A stretch of DNA of 64,000 nt from Escherichia phage vB_EcoM_MM02. Made by a program: the position numbers and the translations under genes. Position 1 is the stretch's first letter, and each line of letters starts with the position of its first letter. The stretch is from sequence record MK373784.1. One strand, 5' to 3'. The notes beneath the pieces were generated by a model. It did not search any database. It was not told where the DNA came from and worked only from the letters and a program-made list of their open reading frames with translations. Below are positions 1 to 13,615 of the stretch, in pieces.

Positions 1-1
1 A

Positions 2-640
2 AATAGTTCAGCAATAAATGACATTAATCTTGAGCTCAATCAATCCGGTGGTATTAAACCTCGTTTGACTACAGTAGAAACTGCCATTGGCGCTGATGAT
101 TTGCCTACTACAATCCAAGGACGTATTAAACTCAATACTGATGCTATCGGAGCATTGAACACTGTTGTCGGCTCTGATTCTTCGTCAGGACTGCGTTTTA
201 ATGTGTCATGGTTAAATAACGTAGTAGGTGTTGACGCTTCAGGTGGGAAACCGGAACCAGACGGCTCTTTGCTTTATCGTACTCGAGAGCTTGAAGGAAC
301 TATCAGTGGGATGAGTAATGACATCCAGAACATTCAAACTGATGTTGGGACTAATTCCACAGGAATTAAGGGTTCTGTAAACACATTAAATACTCTTATA
401 AACGGCACCAACCCAAATGGTTCGACTGTTGAAGAACGCGGTATATTGCCTACAGTTAAAAGTCATGATACGACAATTAATGGTTTAACTTCTAGAATTG
501 CTACTCTTGAAACTGATTTGGCCGCTGCAGAAGCTGAAATCCAAACTCTTAAGGACGCTGGATATATTGAAGATGCTCCTTCAGACGGTAAATTCTATGT
601 TCGCAAAGATGGTGCATGGGTTGAACTTCCTACAGCTTAA
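2..640 (+). CDS. wac: fibritin (whisker antigen), C-terminal part; 5' end upstream of window
   Basis: Frame open from position 2 to TAA at 638-640; C-terminus GYIEDAPSDGKFYVRKDGAWVELPTA is a foldon-type trimerisation motif; followed by neck genes in T4 order. Confidence 0.85.
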   Translation, partial: NSSAINDINLELNQSGGIKPRLTTVETAIGADDLPTTIQGRIKLNTDAIGALNTVVGSDSSSGLRFNVSWLNNVVGVDASGGKPEPDGSLLYRTRELEGTISGMSNDIQNIQTDVGTNSTGIKGSVNTLNTLINGTNPNGSTVEERGILPTVKSHDTTINGLTSRIATLETDLAAAEAEIQTLKDAGYIEDAPSDGKFYVRKDGAWVELPTA

Positions 641-646
641 TGAAAA

Positions 647-660
647 GGGCCTTCGGGCCC
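647..660 (+). terminator. hairpin (gggcc-ttcg-ggccc) after wac
   Basis: GC stem with UUCG tetraloop between wac and 13. Confidence 0.5.
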
Positions 661-672
661 TAAAGGATTTAT

Positions 673-1599
673 ATGTCAGGTTATAATGCACAAAACCCTA
701 AAGAATTAAAGGATGTAATATTACGTCGTTTAGGCGCTCCTATTGTAAATGTTGAATTAACTACAGACCAAATTTATGATTGTATTTCACGAGCGTTAGA
801 ACTTTATGGCGAATACCATTTTGACGGGTTGAATAAAGGTTTCCATGTATTTTTTGTTGACGACGAAGAAAAATACCGTCACGGCATATTTGATATGCGT
901 GGTTCTAATGTATTTGCTGTAACAAGAATTATAAGAACAAACGTTGGCTCTATTACTTCAATGGATGGTAATGCAACTTATCCATGGTTCACTGATTTCC
1001 TTTTAGGAATGGCAGGTGTTTCAGGTGGTATGGGTAGTAATTGTGGTAAATTCTACGGTCCGAACGCTTTTGGCGCTGACCTCGGGTATTATTCTCAATT
1101 AGTATCTTATATGGGTATGCTTCAAGATATGATTGCTCCTCTTCCAGATTTTTGGTTTAACTCTGCAAACGAGCAATTAAAAGTAATGGGTAACTTTAGA
1201 CAGAAAGATGTCATTATCGTTGAATCGTATGTTCGCTCTTATATCGAGACCCATAAGATGGTAGGAAATACAGTAGGGTACGGTCAGGTTGGTCCTCGTG
1301 ATTCATGGTCTATTTCTGAACGTTATGATAATCCAGACCATAATTTGGTAGGACGTCGAGTTGGTGAAGACCCTGCAACTAAACAAGGCGCATATAACAA
1401 CCGCTGGGTTAAAGATTATGCAACTGCATTAGCTAAAGAGCTTAATGGACAAATTCTTGCTAAACATCAAGGTATGATGTTACCTGGTGGCGTCACTGTT
1501 GATGGTGTTCGATTAATTGAAGAAGCTCGTTTAGAGAAAGAAGCTTTACGAGAAGAGTTATATTTACTGGACCCTCCTGCAGGTATTTTGGTAGGTTAA
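673..1599 (+). CDS. 13: neck protein gp13
   Basis: 308 aa (T4 gp13 about 309 aa); position between wac and 14. Confidence 0.85.
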   Translation: MSGYNAQNPKELKDVILRRLGAPIVNVELTTDQIYDCISRALELYGEYHFDGLNKGFHVFFVDDEEKYRHGIFDMRGSNVFAVTRIIRTNVGSITSMDGNATYPWFTDFLLGMAGVSGGMGSNCGKFYGPNAFGADLGYYSQLVSYMGMLQDMIAPLPDFWFNSANEQLKVMGNFRQKDVIIVESYVRSYIETHKMVGNTVGYGQVGPRDSWSISERYDNPDHNLVGRRVGEDPATKQGAYNNRWVKDYATALAKELNGQILAKHQGMMLPGGVTVDGVRLIEEARLEKEALREELYLLDPPAGILVG

Positions 1600-1600
1600 T

Positions 1601-2365
1601 ATGGCAACTTATGATAAAAATCTTTTCGCCAAGCTAGAAAATCGTGGTGGGTATTCTCAGACAAATGAGACCGAAATCCTCAATCCATTTGTCAATTTTA
1701 ATAATTATGAGAATAGTCAGACATTAGCCGATGTTCTAGTGGCAGAAAGCATACAGATGCGCGGTATTGAATGTTTTTATGTTCCACGTGAATATGTTGC
1801 CGTGGACCTTATCTTTGGTGAGGACCTTAAAAATAAATTTACTAAAGCATGGAAATTTGCTGCATATCTGAACTCTTTTGAAGGTTATGAAGGAGCGAAA
1901 TCGTTCTTCAGCAACTTCGGAATGCAAGTTCAAGACGAAGTTACATTATCTATTAACCCAGGTCTTTTCAAACACCAGGTCAACAATCAGGAGCCTAAGG
2001 AAGGTGATTTAATATACTTCCCAATGGACAACAGTTTGTTTGAGATTAACTGGGTTGAACCATATGACCCATTCTATCAAGTAGGTAAAAATGCGATTCG
2101 TAAAATTACTGCAGGCAAGTTTATTTACTCTGGCGAAGAAATCAATCCGGTGCTTCAGAAAAATGAAGGTATCAATATACCTGAATTTAGTGACTTGGAA
2201 CTTAACCCTGTTAGAAATCTTGACGGTATCCATGACATTAATATCGATGAATATTCTGAAGTTGAGCAAATCAATTCAGAGGCAAGTGAATACGTTGAAC
2301 CGTATGTAGTAGTTAACAACCGTGGTAGACAAAATTCACCATTTGACGATGGGTTTATGAATTAA
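1601..2365 (+). CDS. 14: neck protein gp14
   Basis: 254 aa; starts 2 nt after gene 13 stop; T4 synteny. Confidence 0.85.
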   Translation: MATYDKNLFAKLENRGGYSQTNETEILNPFVNFNNYENSQTLADVLVAESIQMRGIECFYVPREYVAVDLIFGEDLKNKFTKAWKFAAYLNSFEGYEGAKSFFSNFGMQVQDEVTLSINPGLFKHQVNNQEPKEGDLIYFPMDNSLFEINWVEPYDPFYQVGKNAIRKITAGKFIYSGEEINPVLQKNEGINIPEFSDLELNPVRNLDGIHDINIDEYSEVEQINSEASEYVEPYVVVNNRGRQNSPFDDGFMN

Positions 2366-2414
2366 TAAATAGATAAGATAAAGCAAACACCGGTCGAAAG
2401 GCCGGTTAGGAGAA

Positions 2415-3239
2415 ATGATGTTTGGTTATTTTTACAACTCGTCGTTCAGGCGATATATCACAATGATGGGCGATTTGTTTTCAAATATCCAAGTTAACCG
2501 TCAATTGTCTACAGGCAATAAATTAATTAGAGTTCCTATTACGTATGCATCTAAAGAGCACTTTATGATGAAACTTAATAAATGGACCTCTATAAACTCA
2601 CAAGAAGATGTGGCTAAAGTCGAAACTATTCTACCACGTATAAATCTCCAAATGGTAGATTTCGTTTATAACCCAACGTTTAAAACGAATATATTGAATA
2701 ACTCTCTTTTGAGTAAATCGACTAAGGATATTGTAGACCAATACAACCCATCACCAATTAAAATGATTTTTGAACTGAGCATCTTTACTCGTTATGAAGA
2801 TGATATGTTCCAAATCGTTGAGCAAATTATTCCATATTTTCAGCCGCATTTTAATACGACTATGATTGAGCAATATGGGCAGGATATTCCATTTGAAAGG
2901 GATATTAAAGTCGTATGGATGGCAGCAGCAATGGATGAACAAATAGACGGTGATAATTTATCTCGTCGACGTTTAGAGTGGTCATTAACATTTGAAGTAA
3001 ATGGATGGATGTATCCTCCGGTAGGCGCAGCTGAAGGCCTTATTAAAACGACTTATCTTGATTTTCATGCTAATGAACGAGACCTTCAAACAGCCGCCAG
3101 TGTTTTTGAATCAGTTGATACAGAAATTAAACCGAGAGACGTTGAAGCACAAGATTGGAATGGCGAAGTTGAACAAACTTATACTCATGATATTCCAATC
3201 CCGACTCCACCAACCCCTCCTGGTCCTAGAAAACAATAA
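2415..3239 (+). CDS. 15: tail sheath stabiliser / tail completion protein gp15
   Basis: 274 aa; T4 synteny between 14 and 16. Confidence 0.8.
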   Translation: MMFGYFYNSSFRRYITMMGDLFSNIQVNRQLSTGNKLIRVPITYASKEHFMMKLNKWTSINSQEDVAKVETILPRINLQMVDFVYNPTFKTNILNNSLLSKSTKDIVDQYNPSPIKMIFELSIFTRYEDDMFQIVEQIIPYFQPHFNTTMIEQYGQDIPFERDIKVVWMAAAMDEQIDGDNLSRRRLEWSLTFEVNGWMYPPVGAAEGLIKTTYLDFHANERDLQTAASVFESVDTEIKPRDVEAQDWNGEVEQTYTHDIPIPTPPTPPGPRKQ

Positions 3240-3248
3240 GAGGTAAAT

Positions 3249-5565
<2,317 letters not shown>

Positions 5566-5592
5566 AAATAAAGCAAATTAAGAGGAATTAAA

Positions 5593-7575
5593 ATGTCACT
5601 TCTCTCTCCGGGCGTTGAGCTCAAAGAAACTACCGTACAGAGTACTGTAGTTAATAACTCCACTGGTACTGCTGCCCTGGCCGGAAAATTCCAATGGGGA
5701 CCTGCATTCCAGATTAAACAAATCACTGATGAAGTTGCATTAGTTGATATGTTTGGTACTCCTAATACGGATACAGCAGATTATTTCATGTCTGCTATGA
5801 ACTTCCTTCAATATGGTAATGACCTTCGTGTTGTACGCGCAGTTGACCGTGATACTGCTAAGAACTCATCTCCTGTAGCAGGCAATATTGAATTCACAAT
5901 CTCTGCTGCTGGTAGTAACTATGCAGTTGGTGATAAAATTATCGTTAAGTATTTGACCGAAACTGTTGAAGCAGATGGTTATGTCACTTCGGTTGATGTC
6001 GATGGTAAAATTCTTAACATTTATATCCCAACCGGTAAAATTATTGCTCGTGCAAAAGAAATTAATGAATATCCGGCATTGGGTTCTAACTGGACCGCCG
6101 AAGTTGCCAGTTCTTCTTCTGGACTTTCTGGCGTTATTACAATTGGTTCTATCGTAACCGATTCGGGTATTCTGTTAACTGAAGTTGAAACTTCTGAAGA
6201 AGCTATTACTTCTCTAACTTTCCAAGAATCTATTAAAAAATATGGTGTCCCAGGCGTAGTTGCTCTTTATCCTGGTGAACTTGGCGACCAGCTCGAAATT
6301 GAAATCGTATCTAAAGCAGACTACGACAAAGGTGCTTCAGCCCAGTTAAAAATTTATCCTGATGGTGGTACTCGTGCATCTACTGCTAAAGCAATCTTTG
6401 GGTACGGCCCACAAACTGATGACCAATATGCAATTATCGTTCGTCGTAACGATGCTGTAGTCCAGAGTGTGGTTCTTTCTACTAAACGTGGTGAACGCGA
6501 TATTTATGGTAGTAATATCTTTATTGATGATTTCTTTGCTAAAGGCGCAAGCAATTATATTTTCGCTACTGCACAAGGTTGGCCAAAAGGTTTCTCTGGC
6601 GTAATCAAACTGGGTGGCGGCTTATCATCTAATGAAACGGTTGACGCTGGTGATTTAATGGAAGCTTGGGATTTGTTTGCTGACCGCGAATCTGTTAATG
6701 CGCAGTTGTTTATTGCCGGTTCTTGTGCAGGTGAATCTTTAGAAGTTGCTTCTACAGTTCAGAAACATGTTGTAGCAATTGGTGATTCTCGCCAAGATTG
6801 CTTGGTTCTTTGCTCACCGCCACGTGCAACTATAGTCGGTATTCCTGTTAATCGTGCAGTTGATAATCTGGTTGATTGGCGTACTGCGTCAGGAACTTAC
6901 ACTGATAATAACTTTAATGTAAGTTCTACTTATGCCGCTATTGACGGTAACTATAAATATCAATATGATAAATATAATGATGTGAATCGTTGGGTTCCGT
7001 TAGCTGCCGATATCGCCGGTCTTTGTGCTCGCACAGACAATATTTCTCAGCCTTGGATGTCTCCTGCTGGTTATAATCGTGGACAAATTCTTAACGTTAT
7101 TAAGCTTGCAATTGAAACTCGTCAACCACAGCGTGATCGTTTGTATCAGGAAGCTATTAACCCTGTTACTGGTACCGGTGGTGATGGGTATGTTCTGTAC
7201 GGTGATAAAACTGCCACTTCTGTTCCTTCACCATTTGACCGTATTAACGTTCGTCGTTTGTTCAATATGGTTAAAACGAACATTGGTTCAGCATCCAAAT
7301 ATCGCCTGTTTGAATTGAACAACGCATTTACCCGTTCTTCTTTCCGTACAGAGACTTCTCAATATCTACAGGGTATTAAAGCTCTCGGTGGTGTATATAA
7401 CTTTAAAGTTGTTTGTGATACTACCAATAACACCCCAGCAGTTATCGACCGTAATGAATTTGTAGCTACTTTCTACTTACAACCTGCCCGCTCGATAAAT
7501 TATATTACGTTGAACTTTGTAGCAACAGCAACTGGTGCCGATTTCGACGAACTGATTGGTGCTGTAGGTGGTTAA
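5593..7575 (+). CDS. 18: contractile tail sheath protein gp18
   Basis: 660 aa (T4 659); TATAAATA late promoter 28 nt upstream. Confidence 0.92.
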   Translation: MSLLSPGVELKETTVQSTVVNNSTGTAALAGKFQWGPAFQIKQITDEVALVDMFGTPNTDTADYFMSAMNFLQYGNDLRVVRAVDRDTAKNSSPVAGNIEFTISAAGSNYAVGDKIIVKYLTETVEADGYVTSVDVDGKILNIYIPTGKIIARAKEINEYPALGSNWTAEVASSSSGLSGVITIGSIVTDSGILLTEVETSEEAITSLTFQESIKKYGVPGVVALYPGELGDQLEIEIVSKADYDKGASAQLKIYPDGGTRASTAKAIFGYGPQTDDQYAIIVRRNDAVVQSVVLSTKRGERDIYGSNIFIDDFFAKGASNYIFATAQGWPKGFSGVIKLGGGLSSNETVDAGDLMEAWDLFADRESVNAQLFIAGSCAGESLEVASTVQKHVVAIGDSRQDCLVLCSPPRATIVGIPVNRAVDNLVDWRTASGTYTDNNFNVSSTYAAIDGNYKYQYDKYNDVNRWVPLAADIAGLCARTDNISQPWMSPAGYNRGQILNVIKLAIETRQPQRDRLYQEAINPVTGTGGDGYVLYGDKTATSVPSPFDRINVRRLFNMVKTNIGSASKYRLFELNNAFTRSSFRTETSQYLQGIKALGGVYNFKVVCDTTNNTPAVIDRNEFVATFYLQPARSINYITLNFVATATGADFDELIGAVGG

Positions 7576-7586
7576 TAAGACGCCTG

Positions 7587-7608
7587 ATGGGCTATTTCGG
7601 TAGCCCAT
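7587..7608 (+). terminator. hairpin after gene 18
   Basis: atgggcta / tagcccat stem 12 nt after gene 18 stop. Confidence 0.5.
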
Positions 7609-7615
7609 ATAAATA
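7608..7615 (+). promoter_or_regulatory. late promoter (TATAAATA) upstream of gene 19
   Basis: Exact TATAAATA in the 18-19 intergenic region. Confidence 0.6.
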
Positions 7616-7687
7616 TACTATATCGTTTAAAAATTAATTCTATGGGCATCCGGTTAATCCTAAGCCCATATTACTACAGAGGCTAAT

Positions 7688-8179
7688 ATGTTTGTAGATG
7701 ACGTAACTCGTGCCTTCGAATCAGGTGATTTCGCTCGCCCTAACCTGTTCGAAGTAGAAATCTCTTATCTTGGGCAAAACTTTAGCTTCCAGTGTCGTGC
7801 TACGGCTCTTCCTGCTGCGATCGTTGAAAAGGTTCCTGTTTCTTATATGAACCGTAAAATTAACGTGGCCGGTGATCGTACATTCGATGATTGGACTATT
7901 ACAGTAATGAACGATGATGCTCATAGCATTCGTCAGAAATTTGTTGATTGGCAAGGTATTGCAGCAGGACAAGGTAATGAAATTACCGGTGGTAAACCTG
8001 CTGAATATAAAAAGTCTGCTATCGTTCGTCAATTTGCCCGTGATGCTAAAACGGTCACTAAAGAAGTTGAAATTGTCGGCTTGTGGCCTACTAACGTTGG
8101 CGAAGTATCTCTTGACTGGGACAGCAATAACGAGATTGAAACGTTCGAAGTAACTCTTGCTCTTGATTGGTGGGAATAA
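7688..8179 (+). CDS. 19: tail tube protein gp19
   Basis: 163 aa as in T4 gp19; late promoter upstream. Confidence 0.9.
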   Translation: MFVDDVTRAFESGDFARPNLFEVEISYLGQNFSFQCRATALPAAIVEKVPVSYMNRKINVAGDRTFDDWTITVMNDDAHSIRQKFVDWQGIAAGQGNEITGGKPAEYKKSAIVRQFARDAKTVTKEVEIVGLWPTNVGEVSLDWDSNNEIETFEVTLALDWWE

Positions 8180-8182
8180 TCT

Positions 8183-8204
8183 GGTTGGGGAGAAATCCCC
8201 AACC
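8183..8204 (+). terminator. hairpin after gene 19
   Basis: ggttgggg / ccccaacc stem with 6-nt loop. Confidence 0.55.
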
Positions 8205-8227
8205 TCCCGTGATGACGGAGAAGTCCA

Positions 8228-8235
8228 TATAAATA
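8228..8235 (+). promoter_or_regulatory. late promoter (TATAAATA) for gene 20
   Basis: Exact TATAAATA 29 nt before gene 20 ATG. Confidence 0.7.
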
Positions 8236-8263
8236 TAACTATAATTCCCATTCGGAGAATACA

Positions 8264-9835
8264 ATGAAATTTAATATCTTAAGTTTGTTTGCTCCATGGG
8301 CAAAAATGGACGAACGTGATTACAAAGACCAAGAAAAAGAAAATTTAGAATCTATCACCGCACCAAAATTAGACGACGGCGCTAAAGAATACGAAGTATC
8401 TGAAAATGAAGCACAGCAAACATATAATGCTATGTTTCAGAGAATGTTCGGTAGTCAAGAACCAGGGCTCAAATCAACCCGTGAATTAATCGATACGTAT
8501 CGAAATTTGATGACGAACTATGAAGTGGATAATGCAGTCTCTGAAATAGTTTCCGATGCTATCGTGTATGAAGATGATACAGAAGTCGTTTCTATAAATT
8601 TAGACAACACAAAATTTAGTCCAAATATCAAATCAATGATGTTGGATGAATTTAACGAAGTGTTAAATCATTTATCTTTCCAACGTAAAGGTTCAGACCA
8701 TTTTAGGCGTTGGTATGTAGATTCTCGAATTTTCTTCCATAAAATTATTGACCCTAAACGCCCTAAAGAAGGTATTAAAGAGCTTCGTCGTTTAGATCCA
8801 CGTCAAGTTCAATATGTCCGTGAAGTTATTACAACCACTGAAGCCGGTGTTAAAATAGTCAAGGGTTATAAAGAATATTTCATTTATGACACATCACACG
8901 AATCTTACGCTTGTGATGGTCGCATATATGAAGCTGGCACAAAAATAAAAATCCCTAAAGCCGCGATTGTTTATGCCCATTCTGGTTTAGTTGATTGTTG
9001 TGGTAAAAATATCATTGGTTATTTGCATCGGGCTATTAAGCCGGCGAACCAATTAAAACTTCTTGAAGATGCCGTCGTAATTTATCGTATTACTCGTGCT
9101 CCTGATCGTCGTGTATGGTACGTTGATACAGGTAATATGCCTTCAAGAAAAGCAGCAGAACATATGCAACATGTTATGAATACGATGAAAAACCGTATTG
9201 CATATGATGCTACTACAGGCAAGATTAAAAACCAGCAGCATATTATGTCGATGACCGAAGATTATTGGTTACAACGACGTGATGGTAAAGCAGTAACAGA
9301 AGTTGATACATTACCAGGTGCAGATAATACCGGAAATATGGAAGATGTACGTTGGTTCCGTAATGCGCTTTATATGGCTTTACGTATTCCTATTACCCGT
9401 ATTCCAAGTGACCAAGGTGGTATACAGTTTGATGCTGGTACTTCTATTACACGAGATGAATTATCATTTGGTAAATTTATTCGTGAGCTGCAACATAAAT
9501 TTGAAGAGATATTCCTAGACCCGCTTAAAACTAATTTAATTCTTAAAGGAATTATTACAGAAGATGAGTGGAATGATGAAATAAATAATATTAAGATAAA
9601 ATTTCATCGGGATAGTTATTTCTCGGAATTAAAGGATGCTGAGATTCTGGAGCGTCGCATTAATATGCTTCAGATGGCCGAACCATTTATTGGTAAATAT
9701 ATTTCTCACAGAACAGCTATGAAAGATATTCTTCAGATGTCTGACGAGGAAATTGAACAAGAGGCTAAGCAAATTGAAGAAGAGTCGAAAGAGGCTCGTT
9801 TCCAAGACCCCGACCAAGAACAAGAGGATTTTTAA
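8264..9835 (+). CDS. 20: portal vertex protein gp20
   Basis: 523 aa (T4 524); late promoter at 8228-8235. Confidence 0.92.
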   Translation: MKFNILSLFAPWAKMDERDYKDQEKENLESITAPKLDDGAKEYEVSENEAQQTYNAMFQRMFGSQEPGLKSTRELIDTYRNLMTNYEVDNAVSEIVSDAIVYEDDTEVVSINLDNTKFSPNIKSMMLDEFNEVLNHLSFQRKGSDHFRRWYVDSRIFFHKIIDPKRPKEGIKELRRLDPRQVQYVREVITTTEAGVKIVKGYKEYFIYDTSHESYACDGRIYEAGTKIKIPKAAIVYAHSGLVDCCGKNIIGYLHRAIKPANQLKLLEDAVVIYRITRAPDRRVWYVDTGNMPSRKAAEHMQHVMNTMKNRIAYDATTGKIKNQQHIMSMTEDYWLQRRDGKAVTEVDTLPGADNTGNMEDVRWFRNALYMALRIPITRIPSDQGGIQFDAGTSITRDELSFGKFIRELQHKFEEIFLDPLKTNLILKGIITEDEWNDEINNIKIKFHRDSYFSELKDAEILERRINMLQMAEPFIGKYISHRTAMKDILQMSDEEIEQEAKQIEEESKEARFQDPDQEQEDF

Positions 9836-10065
9836 TGGACGATTTAATTCAAGCTATTAAATCAAACGACCTCGTTGCTACTCGAAAGTTTTTTGAAAGT
9901 GCAATGGCAGAAAAAACGGTTCGTTTGATTGAAGCACGCAAAGCAGAAATCGCTTCTCAATTTTTGATTGAAGGCGAAGAACCTGAAGAAGAAAAGAAAG
10001 CTTCGGAAGACGACGCTGATGAAGGCGATGACGACGAAGACGAAGATGATGAGGACGACGAATAA
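9835..10065 (+). CDS. 67: prohead core protein gp67 with acidic C-terminal tail
   Basis: 76 aa; ATGA overlap with gene 20 stop; poly-Asp/Glu C-terminus; T4 synteny. Confidence 0.8.
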   Translation: MDDLIQAIKSNDLVATRKFFESAMAEKTVRLIEARKAEIASQFLIEGEEPEEEKKASEDDADEGDDDEDEDDEDDE

Positions 10066-10490
10066 TGTATCTTATCCCTGAATCTTATGAATTGGTACTC
10101 GAAAATGTCGAAGCACTTATTCCTGAAGCACAGGGCCGAATCGATGCATTGTCTTCTGCTCTCGATATTGACGATATAAATACTATTATCGAGAACATGC
10201 TTGAAACTGAAACGGATTTAGCTGTTGCAATGGCTTCCATTATTAATGAAGAACAGTTAAATGAGTTTATCGTTAAACATGTTTCTTCTCGTGGTGAAGT
10301 CACCCGCACTAAAGACCGTAAAACTCGTGAACGTAACGCGTTCCAAACAACTGGTCTTTCTAAAGCAAAACGTAGACAAATCGCTCGTAAGGTCGTTAAA
10401 GCTAAAAAAGCTAACCCTTCAGGCCAAGTTAAAGGCTTGCGTAAGCGTAAAAAAGCTCTTAAACGTCGTAAAGCATTAGGATTAAGCTAA
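10065..10490 (+). CDS. 68: prohead core protein gp68
   Basis: 141 aa as in T4; basic C-terminus; synteny. Confidence 0.8.
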   Translation: MYLIPESYELVLENVEALIPEAQGRIDALSSALDIDDINTIIENMLETETDLAVAMASIINEEQLNEFIVKHVSSRGEVTRTKDRKTRERNAFQTTGLSKAKRRQIARKVVKAKKANPSGQVKGLRKRKKALKRRKALGLS

Positions 10491-11131
10491 TGAATAAACC
10501 CGAGTTACTTATTGAAACTTGGGGTCAACCCGGTGAGATTATTGATGGCGTTCCAATGTTGGAATCTCATGATGGAAAAGATTCTGGCTTAAAACCAGGG
10601 CTTTATATAGAAGGTATTTTTCTTCAGGCAGAGGTTGTTAACCGAAATAAACGTTTATATCCTAAACGCGTTTTGGAAAAAGCAGTAAGTGACTATATTA
10701 AAGAACAAGTCGCAACCAAACAAGCCCTTGGAGAATTAAACCATCCACCTCGTGCAAATGTTGACCCTATGCAAGCCGCTATCATTATTGAAGATATGTG
10801 GTGGAAAGGAAACGATGTATATGGACGTGCTAGAATTATTGAAGGCGACCATGGTCCCGGTGATAAATTAGCTGCTAATATACGAGCTGGTTGGATTCCA
10901 GGTGTTTCCTCTCGTGGTCTTGGTTCTTTAACCGACACCAATAAAGGGTACCGTATCGTGAACGAAGGATTTAAATTAACCGTCGGTGTAGATGCCGTAT
11001 GGGGACCTTCTGCTCCAGATGCTTGGGTTACTCCTAAACAAATATCAGAATCAGAAAATTCGGTGGAAATCACCAAAAACAGTGCTGATGAAGCATTTAA
11101 AGCTCTCGCAGAGAGTTTAAAAGCATTATAA
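10490..11131 (+). CDS. 21: prohead core protease gp21
   Basis: 213 aa (T4 212); synteny 68-21-22. Confidence 0.9.
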   Translation: MNKPELLIETWGQPGEIIDGVPMLESHDGKDSGLKPGLYIEGIFLQAEVVNRNKRLYPKRVLEKAVSDYIKEQVATKQALGELNHPPRANVDPMQAAIIIEDMWWKGNDVYGRARIIEGDHGPGDKLAANIRAGWIPGVSSRGLGSLTDTNKGYRIVNEGFKLTVGVDAVWGPSAPDAWVTPKQISESENSVEITKNSADEAFKALAESLKAL

Positions 11132-11134
11132 ATA
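11127..11134 (+). promoter_or_regulatory. late promoter (TATAAATA) for gene 22
   Basis: Exact TATAAATA 31 nt before gene 22 ATG. Confidence 0.7.
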
Positions 11135-11164
11135 ATAATGTAATCTAAACCACAGGACACTAAA

Positions 11165-11977
11165 ATGATCAAAGAACAACTTTTGAAAGAAGCTCAGAAC
11201 ATCGAGACTTCAGTTGCTCTTAATAGTGTTTTCGAATCAGTAGAACTGTCTCCGGACGTTAAAGCTAATTTCAGCACTGTATTCGAAGCCACCGTTAAGC
11301 AGGAAGCAGTCAAACTGGCTGAATCTCATATCAAAGCCATCGCCGAAAAAGCCGAAGAAGAAGTTGAAAAGGCTAAAGAAGATGCTGAAGAGAAAGCTGA
11401 TAAAAAATTGGCTGAACAAGCTTCTAAATTCCTAGACCATCTTGCAAAAGAATGGCTCGCAGAAAACCAAATCGCAGTTGATAAAGGCATTAAAGCTGAT
11501 TTGTTCGAATCCATGCTTGGTGGTCTGAAAGAACTGTTTGTTGAACATAACGTTGTTGTTCCAGAAGAATCTGTAGATGTTGTAGCAGAAATGGAAGAAG
11601 AGCTGGCCGAACATAAAGAAGAAACCGCTCGTTTGTTCGAAGAAGTTACCAAACGTGATGCATATATCAATTACGTTCAGCGTGAAACCGCTATTAATGA
11701 AAGCGTAAAAGACCTGACTGAATCTCAGAAAGAAAAAGTTATTGGCCTGGTTGAAGGTATGGATTATTCTGACGCATTTGGTACTAAGTTAACTGCTATT
11801 GTAGAAATGGTTAAAGGTTCTACTAAAGAAGAAGCCGCTATTACCGAAAGTATAAATACAGTTGACAATGACGCTGCCGGTCTTAATTTTATTGCCGAAG
11901 CAGTTGACACTACCACAACTCAGGTAGAACAGAATTCTAATGTAAGTTTATATGCGAAAGTCGCATCTCGTTTCTAA
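11165..11977 (+). CDS. 22: prohead core scaffold protein gp22
   Basis: 270 aa, Glu/Lys/Ala-rich coiled-coil composition; late promoter at 11127-11134. Confidence 0.88.
   Translation: MIKEQLLKEAQNIETSVALNSVFESVELSPDVKANFSTVFEATVKQEAVKLAESHIKAIAEKAEEEVEKAKEDAEEKADKKLAEQASKFLDHLAKEWLAENQIAVDKGIKADLFESMLGGLKELFVEHNVVVPEESVDVVAEMEEELAEHKEETARLFEEVTKRDAYINYVQRETAINESVKDLTESQKEKVIGLVEGMDYSDAFGTKLTAIVEMVKGSTKEEAAITESINTVDNDAAGLNFIAEAVDTTTTQVEQNSNVSLYAKVASRF
11851..11858 (+). promoter_or_regulatory. candidate late promoter for gene 23 inside the 3' end of gene 22
   Basis: Exact TATAAATA about 137 nt upstream of gene 23 start. Confidence 0.4.
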
Positions 11978-11994
11978 TTTAAAGGTTAACACAA

Positions 11995-13563
11995 ATGACT
12001 ACTATCAAAACTAAAGCTCAGCTCGTAGACAAATGGAAAGAACTGCTGGAAGGTGAAGGCCTGCCGGAAATCGCTAATAGCAAGCAGGCTATTATCGCTA
12101 AAATCTTCGAAAACCAGGAAAAAGATTTCGAAGTATCCCCTGAATATAAAGACGAGAAAATCGCTCAGGCATTTGGTTCTTTCTTGACCGAAGCTGAAAT
12201 TGGTGGTGACCATGGTTATAATGCTCAGAACATCGCAGCAGGTCAAACCTCTGGTGCAGTAACCCAAATTGGGCCGGCAGTTATGGGTATGGTTCGTCGT
12301 GCTATTCCTAATCTGATCGCTTTTGATACTTGTGGTGTTCAGCCTATGAACAGCCCGACCGGTCAGGTATTTGCTCTCCGTGCAGTATATGGTAAAGACC
12401 CTATCGCTGCTGGCGCTAAAGAAGCTTTCCATCCGATGTATGCTCCAGATGCGATGTTCTCTGGTCAGGGTGCTGCTAAGAAATTCCCAGCTCTGGCTGC
12501 TGACACTACTACTGTTGTAGGTGATATCTATACTCACTTCTTCCAAGAAACTGGTACTGTATATCTGCAAGCTTCTGCTGTCGTAACACTTGATTCTGGT
12601 GCAACTGATGCAGCTAAATTAGATGCAGAAGTTAAGAAACAAATGGAAGCTGGTGCACTGGTAGAAATCGCTGAAGGTATGGCTACTTCTATCGCTGAAC
12701 TCCAGGAAGGTTTCAACGGTTCTACCGATAACCCATGGAATGAAATGGGCTTCCGTATCGATAAACAAGTTATCGAAGCTAAATCTCGCCAGCTGAAAGC
12801 TGCTTACTCTATCGAATTAGCACAAGACCTCCGTGCAGTACACGGTATGGATGCTGATGCTGAACTGAGCGGTATTCTGGCTACAGAAATTATGCTAGAA
12901 ATCAACCGTGAAGTTGTTGATTGGATTAACTACTCTGCACAGGTTGGTAAATCTGGTATGACCCTGACTCCGGGTTCTAAAGCTGGTGTATTTGACTTCC
13001 AGGACCCGATTGATATCCGTGGTGCTCGTTGGGCCGGTGAAAGCTTTAAATCTCTGTTGTTCCAGATTGATAAAGAAGCAGTTGAAATTGCTCGTCAAAC
13101 CGGTCGTGGTGAAGGTAACTTCATTATCGCTTCCCGTAACGTAGTTAACGTACTGGCTTCAGTTGATACTGGTATTTCTTACGCTGCACAGGGTCTGGCT
13201 TCTGGTTTTAATACCGACACTACTAAGTCTGTATTTGCCGGTGTACTTGGTGGTAAATACCGCGTATACATCGACCAGTATGCTAAACAGGATTACTTCA
13301 CCGTTGGTTACAAAGGCGCTAACGAAATGGATGCAGGTATTTACTATGCTCCTTACGTTGCACTTACCCCGCTGCGTGGTTCCGATCCTAAGAACTTCCA
13401 GCCGGTAATGGGCTTTAAAACTCGTTACGGTATCGGTGTTAACCCGTTTGCTGAAAGTTCCCTGCAGGCTCCAGGTGCTCGCATCCAGTCCGGTATGCCA
13501 TCTATCCTGAACAGCCTTGGTAAGAACGCTTACTTCCGCCGTGTATATGTAAAAGGCATCTAA
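11995..13563 (+). CDS. 23: major capsid protein gp23
   Basis: 522 aa (T4 521); strong terminator hairpin immediately downstream. Confidence 0.95.
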   Translation: MTTIKTKAQLVDKWKELLEGEGLPEIANSKQAIIAKIFENQEKDFEVSPEYKDEKIAQAFGSFLTEAEIGGDHGYNAQNIAAGQTSGAVTQIGPAVMGMVRRAIPNLIAFDTCGVQPMNSPTGQVFALRAVYGKDPIAAGAKEAFHPMYAPDAMFSGQGAAKKFPALAADTTTVVGDIYTHFFQETGTVYLQASAVVTLDSGATDAAKLDAEVKKQMEAGALVEIAEGMATSIAELQEGFNGSTDNPWNEMGFRIDKQVIEAKSRQLKAAYSIELAQDLRAVHGMDADAELSGILATEIMLEINREVVDWINYSAQVGKSGMTLTPGSKAGVFDFQDPIDIRGARWAGESFKSLLFQIDKEAVEIARQTGRGEGNFIIASRNVVNVLASVDTGISYAAQGLASGFNTDTTKSVFAGVLGGKYRVYIDQYAKQDYFTVGYKGANEMDAGIYYAPYVALTPLRGSDPKNFQPVMGFKTRYGIGVNPFAESSLQAPGARIQSGMPSILNSLGKNAYFRRVYVKGI

Positions 13564-13587
13564 TCTTAATTGATTAAATCTTATTTT

Positions 13588-13605
13588 GGGAGACTTCGGT
13601 CTCCC
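13588..13605. terminator. intrinsic terminator between convergent gene 23 and the minus-strand small gene
   Basis: gggagacttcggtctccc followed by T-run. Confidence 0.75.
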
Positions 13606-13615
13606 ATTTTTGGTT

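Noticed and set aside
7721-8251. 176-aa minus-strand ORF antisense to gene 19
   Set aside because: Fully embedded antisense in a conserved late structural gene, with no promoter or ribosome-binding site and a low-complexity translation.
10693-11172. 159-aa minus-strand ORF antisense to gene 21
   Set aside because: Embedded antisense in the prohead protease gene with no expression signals.
11986-12570. 194-aa minus-strand ORF, plus 13159-13629 (156 aa), both antisense to gene 23
   Set aside because: Antisense to the major capsid gene; the long open frames are a by-product of its codon bias.
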